In this document: piece after piece, positions 1 through 9,685 of the stretch
How positions within the stretch are numbered: position 1 is the stretch's first letter
How the letters are laid out: each line of letters opens with the position of its first letter
DNA from: an uncultured Collinsella sp.
GTDB taxonomy: Bacteria > Actinomycetota > Coriobacteriia > Coriobacteriales > Coriobacteriaceae
Length of the DNA: 64,000 nucleotides
Direction: 5' to 3'
NCBI GenBank assembly: GCA_902474885.1
Contig: CABRXF010000003.1
Coordinates: 33,062-97,061, forward strand
Made by a program: the position numbers and the translations under genes
The notes under the pieces: generated by a model
What the model was told of the DNA's origin: nothing
Seen by the model: the letters and a program-made list of their open reading frames with translations, nothing else
The model's database searches: none

Positions 1-1
1 G

Positions 2-1852
2 GTGGTGGATGCGAGCATTTTGAGTTTGGGCCTGGCGGGGTTTGCCACGATCGGCACCGGCTTGGTTGCCATTCTTATTCCGGGCGCCGAGGTTGTCGGC
101 AGCGATATCATCGATACGGGAACCCAGATTATTAAAACGCGTAACAAGTTTGCCAAAAGCGCGGCAAAGGGCCTGCAAAAGATCGAGACCGCCTTGCCGT
201 ACCTGGTTGCCGTGCGCGCCATGCAGGCAGTATCGGCGCAGGATACCGACGGCGTGACCTATACCGGTACGGCGCTTGCCGTGCCTAGGACATCTGAGTC
301 GGATTTTGTTGCGCTCGAAGGATCCGAAATCTCGACCGATGCCATTAAAGATGCGTCGGAAGATCTGGAGCGCGCGGCCGAGGAGCTACAAAAAGCATCG
401 GAGAAGACGGCGAAGGCCAAAGAGCGCGCCTGGCTAGCGGATTGCGGTGGATCGGATAAAGGTTCGGTCGGCAGCTGTTCGTGTATGTGGGAGCGCGCAA
501 AAAGCCTAACGGATCTCTCCGGGGTTCAAAATCCGCATTACTCATCGAGCGTTACGTGGGAGCCTCAAGTTGCTCTTGATCGTGCGAAGGACTACTACCA
601 TTGGCGTCTGACAAATGAGAAGCCCCAAGGTTCGAGTGTCGAGATAAAGGCAGAGTCTGCGGCGCGTAAGGCGTTTTATACCTATGCGAGCGCGGAAGTC
701 GATCGGGCATATATAACCGAGAACGGAGACAGGGTTTCCTCCTATATTCCGCTGCTGCCGCGCAACTCTGATGAGGTTCGGGCGACGGAACTCTATACCG
801 ATGCGGTGTGGCCGACTAGCGTGAACGATGGCAAGGCGTATCTGCATTACGGGACGACCTGCCCTAACTATAAGAAAGGAACGCCGAGCGGATTTGCTTC
901 GGTTGCCGATTACGATGGGCAGGATAAATGCAGCAAATGCCATTTTGGCGTTTCGTCGCTTGGTGCTGTTGCGGCGCCTTCAACCTCTATCGAAAACGGC
1001 TTCGAGTATCACTTTGACAAGTTTAAAGACGCCCTGGAGGACTACGTCGACTGTCGCAACAAGGAGCTTGAGCTCGAGCGTCAGACCGAGGACGAAGCCG
1101 ACCGTGCGGGCAATGCGTTCGATACCGCCATCAAAGAACTATCCGGTGAGCGTCCGCGCATCGCCCCGCCCGGTCGAAACGGCGTGGTCGCCTTTGCGGT
1201 CTCGGGCGATGTCACGAGTCCCGACGAGCTCAACTCTTCGTTTAACACGGCAGTTGAGCTTGGCGATCGTGGTGCAATTTCTGCTGCAGTGCTGGCGCCC
1301 GACGATGCGACGGCACAAAATAACGTTCTCTCGCGGTTTTTCTCGACGCTGGAGGAGCGTTCGGGCGGCGTTGCCGGCGTGCTCGACGGCGTTATGGATG
1401 TTTGGGGTCGCCTACTTGTGGGGTACGGAGACATCCAGGGTGCGGCCGACGAGCTTATGGGAGAGCTGATCGGTGGCTTGGGAGGGAGTAGCGGCGCGTT
1501 GGGCTCCATCGCGTCCTGGCTCGGTGACACCGTCTCGTCCTCCGTGGCGGCGCTGGGACTCGAACCGTGCGATTTGCGTCTGCGAAAACCGGTGCTGACC
1601 GATACCGCCAATGTCATCAAAAGTCCGGGGTCCGATATCGCGGGCATCTCCAAAACTCAAGATACCCTGCGAAAAATCCCCTTGGGCGTGACTGACCCCA
1701 AGGCACTTTGCGAGGCTTTGGAATATCACGTCGAGCGCACCATCAGCGGCGCGGTGTTCACGCTTGCGGAGATCCCGCTGCCCGGCGGCGGCTCCATCCC
1801 GCTCACTGTCGATGTTGCCACGCTGGTGGGGGCTTTTGGCGGTGGGTCGTAA
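2..1852 (+). CDS. Hypothetical membrane-anchored protein, 5' partial (runs off the window edge). Possibly associated with the Tad pilus locus.
   Basis: Long single-frame ORF with a hydrophobic N-terminal segment (LSLGLAGFATIGTGLVAILIPGA). It ends overlapping the start of a TadE-like gene. No family recognised by eye. Confidence 0.45.
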   Translation: MVDASILSLGLAGFATIGTGLVAILIPGAEVVGSDIIDTGTQIIKTRNKFAKSAAKGLQKIETALPYLVAVRAMQAVSAQDTDGVTYTGTALAVPRTSESDFVALEGSEISTDAIKDASEDLERAAEELQKASEKTAKAKERAWLADCGGSDKGSVGSCSCMWERAKSLTDLSGVQNPHYSSSVTWEPQVALDRAKDYYHWRLTNEKPQGSSVEIKAESAARKAFYTYASAEVDRAYITENGDRVSSYIPLLPRNSDEVRATELYTDAVWPTSVNDGKAYLHYGTTCPNYKKGTPSGFASVADYDGQDKCSKCHFGVSSLGAVAAPSTSIENGFEYHFDKFKDALEDYVDCRNKELELERQTEDEADRAGNAFDTAIKELSGERPRIAPPGRNGVVAFAVSGDVTSPDELNSSFNTAVELGDRGAISAAVLAPDDATAQNNVLSRFFSTLEERSGGVAGVLDGVMDVWGRLLVGYGDIQGAADELMGELIGGLGGSSGALGSIASWLGDTVSSSVAALGLEPCDLRLRKPVLTDTANVIKSPGSDIAGISKTQDTLRKIPLGVTDPKALCEALEYHVERTISGAVFTLAEIPLPGGGSIPLTVDVATLVGAFGGGS

Positions 1853-2328
1853 TGGGCATTTGCGCCTACTTGCATGAGGAGCGCGCCCAGGCGACGGTCG
1901 AGATGGCGATAGTCACGCCCGTTCTGCTCGTGCTGGCTCTCATCGCGTACAACGTCATGATCTTTGCCGGCGCGGTCGCGCGCTTCGACCGCGTGGTGCC
2001 CGACATCGTGCTGGCGCACGCTGTGGCGCCGGGCGGGGAGGGTGACGAGAGCTCCATTGACGCTTCCGCGACCGTTCAAGCTCAGATTCAGGATGCCATG
2101 GAGGGATATGACCTACAGGTCGAGGTCTCGAGCGAGCAAGGCACGGCGTCATCGGATGGTGGCCTGCTCTCTCTTTCTGGCACGTTTAGGACCTATACCT
2201 GCGCCATGCACTACGAGCCGTGGCCGAGTTCGCTGAGCATCGCCGGCGTTTCCCTGGGGGCGCCGGCCGTGCTCACGCATGAACGTGCGGTGACGGTCGA
2301 TCCATGGCGTCCGGGGGTGGTTATGTGA
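1852..2328 (+). CDS. TadE/TadG-like Flp pilus assembly protein
   Basis: N-terminus MGICAYLHEERAQATVEMAIVTPVLLVLALIA matches the TadE-like motif (charged residues-ATVE-A-hydrophobic helix). Its ATG overlaps the upstream stop (TAATG). Confidence 0.6.
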   Translation: MGICAYLHEERAQATVEMAIVTPVLLVLALIAYNVMIFAGAVARFDRVVPDIVLAHAVAPGGEGDESSIDASATVQAQIQDAMEGYDLQVEVSSEQGTASSDGGLLSLSGTFRTYTCAMHYEPWPSSLSIAGVSLGAPAVLTHERAVTVDPWRPGVVM

Positions 2329-2684
2329 CCGCGGTCTCGTCCTATATTGCCTACGCGCGGGCGCTCAACAGGTTGGGCTGGACGCCGGCCGAGTTTGTGG
2401 TGGCGGAGTCGTTTACCGTGCGTCTGCGCGGCATGCTGGGACGGCGGCCGATTGCCGCCAGCGGACTGCCGCTTGTCATGGCGTTTCCGCGCTGTTCCTC
2501 GGTCCACACCTGCTTTATGGCCTATCCCATCGACATCGCCTTTATCGATCGCAACGGCAACGTCCTCGCATGCTGCGAGGACGTGCGCCCTTGGCACGCG
2601 TGCTCTCATCCGTGCGCTTGGGCCGTACTGGAGCGCCCCTCAATCCTTGTATCGCTCCCTGGCTTTCAACGGGTGCCGGCTTAA
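2304..2684 (+). CDS. DUF192 domain protein, a family commonly found in tad loci
   Basis: 126 aa. The VHTCFMAYPIDIAFIDRNGNV segment is typical of DUF192 (COG1430). It overlaps the end of the TadE-like gene. Confidence 0.5.
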   Translation: MASGGGYVTAVSSYIAYARALNRLGWTPAEFVVAESFTVRLRGMLGRRPIAASGLPLVMAFPRCSSVHTCFMAYPIDIAFIDRNGNVLACCEDVRPWHACSHPCAWAVLERPSILVSLPGFQRVPA

Positions 2685-2742
2685 GAATTGGCGACAGCGG
2701 AATTTCGTCATACGAAATTGGGTAAGATGGGGGAGGAAATGC

Positions 2743-3009
2743 ATGGATGTCGAGATTCATCCCAACGCCAAAAAGCACCTGACGGAAAAGCAGGTGCTTA
2801 GCGCTTGGCTTGCGGTTACCGAGTGCATTCGTCGCGAGTCGGAAGACGAGCCGCCGAGATGGCTTGCCATTGGATGGCTTCCAGACGGTCGAAGTGTGGA
2901 ACTTGTTGCGGTCGAACTAATTCGTGGATGGCTCATTATTCATGCCATGTCTCCGGTTCAGAAGAAATTCTGGCAAGAGATTGAGCGAGCACGGCAAAGG
3001 GGTCGATGA
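2743..3009 (+). CDS. BrnT-like (DUF497-type) toxin of a type II toxin-antitoxin pair
   Basis: 88 aa. GGGAGG ribosome-binding site 6 nt upstream of the ATG at 2743. C-terminal LIIHAMSPVQKKF resembles the BrnT hIIS(A)RKA motif. Its stop overlaps the antitoxin start (ATGA). Confidence 0.5.
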   Translation: MDVEIHPNAKKHLTEKQVLSAWLAVTECIRRESEDEPPRWLAIGWLPDGRSVELVAVELIRGWLIIHAMSPVQKKFWQEIERARQRGR

Positions 3010-3293
3010 TGGGCAAGACATATACGACCGCTAATGGTCAGGTTGTAACGGATGAAATGATTGACGCGTGGTGTGAGTCGTACGGGCGCGGAGAGTTTCC
3101 GGATGGCGAACACACCGTTGGTGGGATCGTGCATGGACGGCCCCCGCTCTCGGGTGAGGGGACGGCAACGCTATCGGTCAAGATTCCTCTGGGAATGAAG
3201 GAAGCTATTCGTCGGCGGGCGGCTGCCGAGGGGATGACGCCAAGTGAGTTTGCCCGTGCGGCCCTGAGTGAAAAACTTCTTGCTGCCGGTTGA
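3006..3293 (+). CDS. BrnA-like ribbon-helix-helix antitoxin
   Basis: 95 aa. C-terminal RHH (LSVKIPLGMKEAIRRRAAAEGMTPSEFARAALSEKL) matches BrnA/CopG-type antitoxins. Translationally coupled to the upstream toxin. Confidence 0.55.
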   Translation: MMGKTYTTANGQVVTDEMIDAWCESYGRGEFPDGEHTVGGIVHGRPPLSGEGTATLSVKIPLGMKEAIRRRAAAEGMTPSEFARAALSEKLLAAG

Positions 3294-3428
3294 TGCTTCT
3301 GACGTGCCGTTCTATAGGAGCGAGATCGTGGCCGATGTCGTGCTCAAAAACTTTTTTAAAATTCTCGGTTGACCGGAGCGCGTCCTTGGTTATACTAATC
3401 AAGCCTTGAAACAAGGCACACCTCAAAT

Positions 3429-3484
<56 letters not shown>

Positions 3485-3504
<20 letters not shown>

Positions 3505-3731
3505 TGAATTGACTAGGACCTCTGCAAAGGGGTCCTTTTCTTTTATGTGGCCCTTGCACGGAATCGAACCCCGTGAGGGCGCGGAGCTGAGGAAACGCGA
3601 TAGCGTTTGCCAGCGTAGCTCGCAAGGCGCGGAAGCGCCGCAGCGGTCCGCACGCGCGGAGCGCGGGCGCGATTCCCTTCCCCGCCACCTTGAATTGACT
3701 AGGACCTCTGCAAAGGGGCCCTTTTCTTTTA
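3485..3731. repeat. 61-bp direct repeat (3485-3545 and 3671-3731, one mismatch). It comprises the 3' end of tRNA-Phe from the T-loop onward plus the downstream terminator hairpin, and flanks a 125-bp GC-rich insert. Resembles an attL/insert/attR arrangement.
   Basis: gattcccttccccgccaccttgaattgactaggacctctgcaaagggg(t/c)ccttttctttta occurs twice. The insert begins with an inverted T-arm-like tggcccttgcacGGAATCGAACCccgtg. Confidence 0.8.
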
Positions 3732-3970
3732 CCGAGGGCTCCTGCGGAAAATGCATCCCATTATTGAGCGGAAAAACGGAACGAGCTTTCCGGCACGCGT
3801 GTGCATTTCGGCGCGCCATCTCGGGCCCGTCTGCCCGGACATTCCTCCCACTTTTGCGCCACTTTGTAGACCGTTCGGTCGCCTGTCCGCACGCGCGGGT
3901 ATACTCAAAACGATACTTTTCCTATGCAATACGATGCAGGCTCGACCTGCGCGATTCGAAGGGGGCCGTG

Positions 3971-5032
3971 ATGGAGAGGATTCTCGGCGTTAATCTCTCT
4001 GGCTGGTTTATTCCCGAGCCCTGGGTGACCCCGTCGCTCTATGCAGCGACCGGAGCATCCAATGCAGCCGAGCTGCAGGAGGCCATGGGCACCGCTGCCT
4101 ATAACGAGCGCATGCGTCGCCATTACGAGACGTTTGTGAGCGAGGATGATTTTCGTCGTATGGCGCAGATCGGTCTCAACGCCGTGCGCCTGCCGGTGCC
4201 GTGGTATGCCTTTGGCTCGCAGGAGTCAGACGCTTCCTACATCTCGGTCGTCGATTATATCGACCGTGCTATTGAGTGGGCCGCCAAGTACAACATCCGC
4301 GTACTGCTCGATCTGGCGACTGTGCCCGGCGGTCAGGGCGATTCCAACGATTCGCCCACCACGCCGGAGGCTGTTGCCGAGTGGCATTCGTCTACCAATG
4401 GCCGTCACGTTGCGCTCGATGTGCTCGAGCGCCTGGCCGATCGCTACGGTGAAGCCGAGAGCCTGCTGGGCATCGAGCTGTTGGATACGCCGCAGATGAG
4501 CGTACGCAAGAGCCTCTTTACCATGACGGACGGTATTCCGGCGCACTACCTGCGCAACTTCTATCGCGACGCGTACGAGCTCGTTCGTTCGTATATGCCC
4601 GAGGACAAGATCGTCGTCTTTTCCTCTTCGGGGCACCCTGGCGAGTGGAAGCACTTTATGCGCGGTGCCAAGTACAAGAACGTCTACATGGACCTTCACC
4701 TGTACCATTACCGCGACGAGTATGCGCTCGACATCACGAGCCCCCGCGGTCTGACTACGGCGATTTCGCGCAACAAGCGTGAGCTCAAAGAAGCTATTGC
4801 AACCGGGTTTCCCGTGTTGGTGGGCGAATGGTCGGGCGCGGCGATCTTCGCCAATTCGTCGGTTACGCCCGAGGGCCGCAATGCCTACGAGCGCGTGTTT
4901 ATCGCCAATCAGCTGGCTTCGTTTGCGCCGGCGGCTGGCTGGTTCTTCCAAACGTGGAAGACCGAGAAGCGCATTGCGGCATGGGACGCCCGCGCGGCAC
5001 TCGGCACGCTCGAGCGCGGCATGATTGAATAG
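3971..5032 (+). CDS. Glycoside hydrolase family 5 protein (cellulase / beta-glucanase-like)
   Basis: 353 aa from MERILGVNLSGWFIPEPW. Typical GH5 N-terminus (LGVNLSGWF...EPW) and a VLVGEWSG block near the C-terminal catalytic Glu. The upstream part of ORF 3509..5032 is a spurious read-through of the repeat region. Confidence 0.7.
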   Translation: MERILGVNLSGWFIPEPWVTPSLYAATGASNAAELQEAMGTAAYNERMRRHYETFVSEDDFRRMAQIGLNAVRLPVPWYAFGSQESDASYISVVDYIDRAIEWAAKYNIRVLLDLATVPGGQGDSNDSPTTPEAVAEWHSSTNGRHVALDVLERLADRYGEAESLLGIELLDTPQMSVRKSLFTMTDGIPAHYLRNFYRDAYELVRSYMPEDKIVVFSSSGHPGEWKHFMRGAKYKNVYMDLHLYHYRDEYALDITSPRGLTTAISRNKRELKEAIATGFPVLVGEWSGAAIFANSSVTPEGRNAYERVFIANQLASFAPAAGWFFQTWKTEKRIAAWDARAALGTLERGMIE

Positions 5033-5038
5033 GTTGAT

Positions 5039-5917
5039 ATGACGCAAAATAGCGCCCGTACGGGCAAACTCTATGTGGTCGGAACGCCCATCGGTAACCT
5101 GGGCGACTTGTCTCCGCGCGTCGGAGAGGCATTTGCCGCCGCCGACGCCATCTGCTGCGAGGACACGCGCGTGACGTCAAAGCTGCTGATGCACCTAGGC
5201 ATTTCCAAGCCGCTCGTCCGTTGCGACGAGAACGTGATCGCAGGTCGCGCCGCCGGGCTGGTCGACCGCCTGCTGGCGGGGGAGACCCTTGCCTTTGCCT
5301 CGGACGCCGGCATGCCGAGCGTGTCCGATCCCGGTCAGGCTCTGGTTGAGGCGGCGCGCGAGGCCGATGTGCCCGTCGAGGTCATCCCCGGGCCTTCCGC
5401 ATGCGTTACGGCGCTCGTATCGTCCGGCATTCCCTGCGAGCATTTCTTCTTCGAGGGCTTTTTGGGCCGCAAACACGGCGACCGCGTGCGTCGCCTGCAG
5501 CGTCTGGCCGTGGTGCCCGGCGCGCTCATCTTCTACGAGTCTCCACATCGCATTGTGGCGACGCTCGAGGCCGTGGCCGAGGTCTTTCCCCAGCGTGAGG
5601 TTGCCGTCTGCCGCGAGCTCACCAAGCTGCACGAGGAGGTCTTGCGTGGGTCTGCCGCCCAGCTTGCCGAAGAGCTGTGCGCCCGCGGTGAGGTGAAAGG
5701 CGAGATTGCGCTGGTCATCGCGCCGCCGAGTGAAGACGAGGAGGCCGGCATCACGCCGGTTGGCGCCGCAGCGGTAGACCCCGACGAAGCCCTGCGCGAG
5801 GACATTCGCACCGCGCTCGAGGAGGGAGAGCCCGCCTCCGCGGTGGCAAAGCGCCTGTCTCAGAAGTACTCGCGCCGCAAGCGCGATGTCTATGCCATGG
5901 TGCTCGATATGCAATAG
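5039..5917 (+). CDS. rsmI: 16S rRNA (cytidine1402-2'-O)-methyltransferase
   Basis: LYVVGTPIGNLGDLSPR...CEDTRVTSKLL...ALVSDAGMPSVSDPG are characteristic of RsmI. Confidence 0.85.
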   Translation: MTQNSARTGKLYVVGTPIGNLGDLSPRVGEAFAAADAICCEDTRVTSKLLMHLGISKPLVRCDENVIAGRAAGLVDRLLAGETLAFASDAGMPSVSDPGQALVEAAREADVPVEVIPGPSACVTALVSSGIPCEHFFFEGFLGRKHGDRVRRLQRLAVVPGALIFYESPHRIVATLEAVAEVFPQREVAVCRELTKLHEEVLRGSAAQLAEELCARGEVKGEIALVIAPPSEDEEAGITPVGAAAVDPDEALREDIRTALEEGEPASAVAKRLSQKYSRRKRDVYAMVLDMQ

Positions 5918-5986
5918 ATGGAGGATATCCAGCCCTTGCGCTAGAATCATCCCCTGTATGCAACGTTTTTCTGGAGGACAAACCCC

Positions 5987-7588
5987 ATGGATCAAAGCAA
6001 GCCTTCGTTCTTTATCACGACGCCCATCTACTACGTCAACGCCGATCCGCACCTGGGCACGGCTTATTCCACCATCATCGCCGACGTCCAGGCTCGCTAT
6101 CGCCGCTCCGCCGGCTATAACGTCAAGTTCCTGACCGGTATGGACGAGCATGGCGAGAAGGTCGCCGAGGCTGCAGCCAAGCACAACATGACGCCGCAGG
6201 AGTGGACCGACAGCCAGGCTCCGCACTTCAAGGAGCTGTGGAGCAAGCTCGAGATTTCCAACGACGACTTCATCCGCACCACCGAGCCGCGCCAGCATCA
6301 TGCCGTGCAGTACTTGTGGGAGCGCATGAAGGAGTCCGGCTACCTGTATAAGGGCAGCTACGATGGTTGGTACTGCGTGCCTGACGAGACCTACTTCACT
6401 GATACGCAGGTCCAGAAGGGCGACGAAGAGTACGGCAGCGTTGGCCAGCACCTGTGCCCCGACTGCCACCGTCCGCTTGAGCGCGTGCAGGAGGAGTCCT
6501 ACTTCTTTAAGCTTTCCGCCTTCCAGGACAAGCTGCTCAAGCTCTATGACGAGCACCCCGATTTTGTCGAGCCCGCGTTCCGCATGAACGAGGTGCGTAG
6601 CTTTGTCGAGGGCGGCCTTAACGACCTTTCCGTGAGCCGCACGAGCTTTGACTGGGGCATTCAGGTCCCGTTTGACGAGGGTCACGTTACCTATGTGTGG
6701 TTCGACGCGCTGCTCAACTATATGACGGCCGTCGGCTACGGCGTCGATACCGACGAGGCCCGTGCCGAGCTGGCCTATCGCTGGCCCGCGCAGTTCCACA
6801 TCGTGGGCAAGGACATCATCCGTTTCCACTGCGTCATTTGGCCGGCCATGCTCATGGCCATTGGCGAGGCTCTGCCCGAGCACGTCTTTGCCCATGGCTT
6901 CCTGACCGTGCGCAATGCCGAGACCGGCAAGGCCGAGAAGATGTCCAAGAGCCGCGGTAACGCCATCGCTCCGCAGGATGTTATCGACATGCTGGGCGTC
7001 GAGGGCTATCGCTACTACTTTATGACCGACGTGGTGCCCGGCACCGACGGCGCCATCAGCTTCGAGCGCATGGAGCAGGTCTACAACGCCGACCTGGCCA
7101 ACAGCTGGGGCAACCTCATCTCGCGTTCGCTCAACATGAGCGGCAAGTACTTTGACGGTTGCGCGCCCGCCAAGCCCGCATCGTTCGATGCGTTCGACAA
7201 CCCGCTGGCAAAGATTGCCGACGGCCTGGTCGATCGCTACATGGCCAAGATGGACGTGCTCGATTACGGTGGAGCTAAGGACGAGGTCATGGAGCTCATC
7301 CATGCCGCCAACCACTACATCGAGGACTCCGAGCCTTGGGCGCTTGCCAAGGACGAGGCCAAGGCTGACGAGCTGGCGTTTGTGATCTACAACCTGCTCG
7401 AGGCCATCCGCATTGCCGCTCACCTGCTGATGCCGCTCATGCCCCAGACTTCTGCCGAGGCCCTGCGTCGCCTGTCCTGCGAGGACGAGGCCGCGAGCGA
7501 CGACCTCAAGGGCATTTGCGCTTGGGGCCTGCTTGCCGGTGGTCAGCCCGTCGAGAAGGGCGAGCCGCTGTTCCCGCGTCTGGGCTAA
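5987..7588 (+). CDS. metG: Methionine--tRNA ligase (short form)
   Basis: TTPIYYVNADPHLGTAYS (HIGH region) and KMSKSRGN motifs. 533 aa. Confidence 0.9.
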   Translation: MDQSKPSFFITTPIYYVNADPHLGTAYSTIIADVQARYRRSAGYNVKFLTGMDEHGEKVAEAAAKHNMTPQEWTDSQAPHFKELWSKLEISNDDFIRTTEPRQHHAVQYLWERMKESGYLYKGSYDGWYCVPDETYFTDTQVQKGDEEYGSVGQHLCPDCHRPLERVQEESYFFKLSAFQDKLLKLYDEHPDFVEPAFRMNEVRSFVEGGLNDLSVSRTSFDWGIQVPFDEGHVTYVWFDALLNYMTAVGYGVDTDEARAELAYRWPAQFHIVGKDIIRFHCVIWPAMLMAIGEALPEHVFAHGFLTVRNAETGKAEKMSKSRGNAIAPQDVIDMLGVEGYRYYFMTDVVPGTDGAISFERMEQVYNADLANSWGNLISRSLNMSGKYFDGCAPAKPASFDAFDNPLAKIADGLVDRYMAKMDVLDYGGAKDEVMELIHAANHYIEDSEPWALAKDEAKADELAFVIYNLLEAIRIAAHLLMPLMPQTSAEALRRLSCEDEAASDDLKGICAWGLLAGGQPVEKGEPLFPRLG

Positions 7589-7630
7589 GCCGCTGCGCGC
7601 CATATCGGCAATTTGCTGTTTAGATGTAAG

Positions 7631-7666
7631 GGCATGGCCGCAACGGTCCATGCCCTTTTGTTTCAA
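7631..7666 (+). terminator. Rho-independent terminator after metG
   Basis: AAGGGCATGGccgcaacggtCCATGCCCTTTTGTTT hairpin followed by a T-run. Confidence 0.7.
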
Positions 7667-7695
7667 GACGCCGCCACCATGCTAAGGAGGCAACT

Positions 7696-8556
7696 ATGAC
7701 AACTTCGCCTTTGGCAAACCCCACGGCAACTAGGGAGCTGCTAGAGGAGTTTGGCCTTGCGACCAAGCATCGCCTGGGCCAAAACTTCCTGATCGACAAC
7801 CATGTGATCGAACGTATCTGTGAGCTCGCTGAACTTGCGGGCGATGAGCGCGTGCTCGAGGTCGGCCCGGGTTGCGGCACGCTGACGTTGGCCCTGCTGC
7901 AGGAGGCGGCGTGCGTTACGTCGATCGAGGCCGATCCCGAGCTCGAGCCGGTGCTCGATGCTCACGCCGCCGACTACGCCAACTTCCGCTTTATCATGGG
8001 CGACGCGCTCAAAGTGACGCCGGAGCAGATTGAGCAGGCCGCCGGTGGTGAACCCACGGTGTTTGTCGCGAATCTGCCCTATAACGTGGCGGCAACGATC
8101 ATCCTTCAATTCTTCCAGACGATGCCCGCACTTAAGCGCGCCGTCGTCATGGTGCAAAAGGAAGTTGCAGATCGTATTGCCGCAACGCCGGGCAACAAGA
8201 CCTATGGCGGCTACACGGCAAAGCTCGGCCTGTATGCGCAGGTGACGGGGCGCTTTGAGGTGCCGCCGCGCTGCTTTATGCCGGCGCCGCATGTGGATTC
8301 TGCCGTAGTGCGCATCGATCGCGCTGACGGCGTGGTACCCGAGGGTATCGACCGCGAGTTGGTGGCCCGCGTGATCGACGCCGCGTTTGCTCAGCGCCGC
8401 AAGACGATCCGCAACTCCATGAGCGCCAACGGCTTTGCCAAGGACGCGCTCGACGCCGCCTTTGAGGCCTGCGGTATTGCACCTACCACGCGCGCCGAGA
8501 CGCTCGACGTCGCTGCCTTTGTCCGCTTGGCTCAGGAGCTTTCCCATGACGCCTAA
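7696..8556 (+). CDS. rsmA: 16S rRNA (adenine1518/1519-N6)-dimethyltransferase
   Basis: LGQNFLIDNHVIERI, VGPGCGTLT and NLPYNVA motifs. AAGGAGG ribosome-binding site. Confidence 0.9.
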   Translation: MTTSPLANPTATRELLEEFGLATKHRLGQNFLIDNHVIERICELAELAGDERVLEVGPGCGTLTLALLQEAACVTSIEADPELEPVLDAHAADYANFRFIMGDALKVTPEQIEQAAGGEPTVFVANLPYNVAATIILQFFQTMPALKRAVVMVQKEVADRIAATPGNKTYGGYTAKLGLYAQVTGRFEVPPRCFMPAPHVDSAVVRIDRADGVVPEGIDRELVARVIDAAFAQRRKTIRNSMSANGFAKDALDAAFEACGIAPTTRAETLDVAAFVRLAQELSHDA

Positions 8557-9463
8557 TGTCGAACGCGTGACGTTTACCAAAAAGAAGAAAACGGTGGCCT
8601 GCCCGGTGCCGCTGGCGCCGCTTGCCGATACGCATGCGCACCTGCTCTCATTTTGGAGCAAGGAAGTGCCCGAGACGCTCGTGCGCGCCAAAGCCGCGGG
8701 CATCGACTTGTTGGTGACGGTCTTCGACCCCATCGCCGACAAACGCAGCGTGACGGACTATAGTGACTGGCTGGTGCGCGAGATTGTGCCGATGCGGGAT
8801 ATTCCGCAGATTAAGTATCTCGCCGGCGTGCACCCCTATGGCGCACCGGACTATACCGATGATATCCATGCCCAGATTGTGACTGCGCTCGACGATCCGT
8901 TGTGTGTTGGCATCGGCGAGATCGGTCTGGACTACCACATGGATTACGACGACGATATTGCGCCGGCGCCCCACGACGTGCAGATCGACTGCATGGCGCG
9001 GCAGCTGGAGCTTGCCGTACGCCGCGATGTGCCGGTAGAGCTGCACTTGCGTCATGAGGACGCGGACGAGGAGCGCACCTCGCATGTGGACGCCTACAAC
9101 GTGTTGCGCGAGGTCGGCGTGCCCCAGGCCGGTTGCGTACTGCACTGCTTTGGCGAGGACCGAGCCACGATGGAGCGCTTTGTGGATTTGGGTTGTTACA
9201 TCGCCTATGGCGGCGCGGCTACCTTTAAGCGCAACGACGACGTGCGCGAGGCATTCGCGGCAACCCCGCTCGACCGTATTTTGTTCGAGACGGATTGTCC
9301 CTATATGGCGCCGGAGCCCATTCGCGGTCTTGAGTGCGAGTCTGCAATGATTTCCATCACAGCAAATGCGCTGGTCAACGACCGCGTCGATCGTACCGGC
9401 GAGGACGCTGAGGCAATCGCTCGAGCCGCCTGGGAAAATGCCTGCAAACTTTTTCAAAAATAG
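8546..9463 (+). CDS. TatD family metal-dependent hydrolase / DNase
   Basis: LADTHAHL near the N-terminus, GIGEIGLDYH, and a C-terminal ETDCPYMAPEP motif. The start overlaps the rsmA stop. Confidence 0.85.
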   Translation: MTPNVERVTFTKKKKTVACPVPLAPLADTHAHLLSFWSKEVPETLVRAKAAGIDLLVTVFDPIADKRSVTDYSDWLVREIVPMRDIPQIKYLAGVHPYGAPDYTDDIHAQIVTALDDPLCVGIGEIGLDYHMDYDDDIAPAPHDVQIDCMARQLELAVRRDVPVELHLRHEDADEERTSHVDAYNVLREVGVPQAGCVLHCFGEDRATMERFVDLGCYIAYGGAATFKRNDDVREAFAATPLDRILFETDCPYMAPEPIRGLECESAMISITANALVNDRVDRTGEDAEAIARAAWENACKLFQK

Positions 9464-9506
9464 TTCTTGCGTTCGCGGTGGCGCTCCGTTATTCTAATTC
9501 CTGCAC

Positions 9507-9593
9507 GCGGGCGTGGCGGAATTGGCAGACGCGTACGGTTCAGGTCCGTATGGGGGCAACCCCATGAAGGTTCAAGTCCTTTCGCCCGCACCA
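9507..9593 (+). tRNA. tRNA-Leu (anticodon CAG)
   Basis: GCGGGCGTGGCGGAATTGGCAGAC...anticodon loop TTCAGGT...long variable arm...GGTTCAAGTCC...CGCCCGCACCA. Confidence 0.85.
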
Positions 9594-9600
9594 TTAAATG

Positions 9601-9631
9601 AAAGAGCTCCCAGCAATGGGAGCTTTTTTGT
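9601..9631 (+). terminator. Rho-independent terminator after tRNA-Leu
   Basis: GAGCTCCCAgcaaTGGGAGCTTTTTTG. Confidence 0.7.
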
Positions 9632-9685
9632 TACGGGCCGTTTTTGGCAGATTTGACCTATCGATTTCGCGCGGCAGATGCCCCT

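Noticed and set aside
2347-3009. A 220-aa ORF spanning the DUF192 gene region and the toxin gene
   Set aside because: Its N-terminal two-thirds overlaps the DUF192 gene in another frame and is Arg/Trp-rich. Only the last 88 aa (from ATG 2743, with a GGGAGG ribosome-binding site) look like a real gene.
3545-3670. A possible minus-strand tRNA or tRNA pseudogene in the insert after tRNA-Phe (GGAATCGAACC on +, equal to a GGTTCGATTCC T-loop on -)
   Set aside because: I could not fold a complete cloverleaf. No matching 5' acceptor strand, D-arm or anticodon arm could be found upstream of the T-arm-like segment on the minus strand. It is reported instead as an inverted T-arm fragment.
5195-7666. 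Very long antisense ORFs (823 aa opposite metG and rsmI). The same pattern recurs opposite other genes: 12679-13821, 25994-27733, 28773-30926, 32823-34496, 41004-43511, 49660-51777, 53973-55847, 56151-57914, 60001-62238.
   Set aside because: Their translations are low-complexity and Arg/Ala/Gly-rich, with no recognisable domains. Each lies exactly antisense to a well-supported gene. In high-GC DNA the antisense frame frequently lacks stop codons, so these were treated as artefacts.
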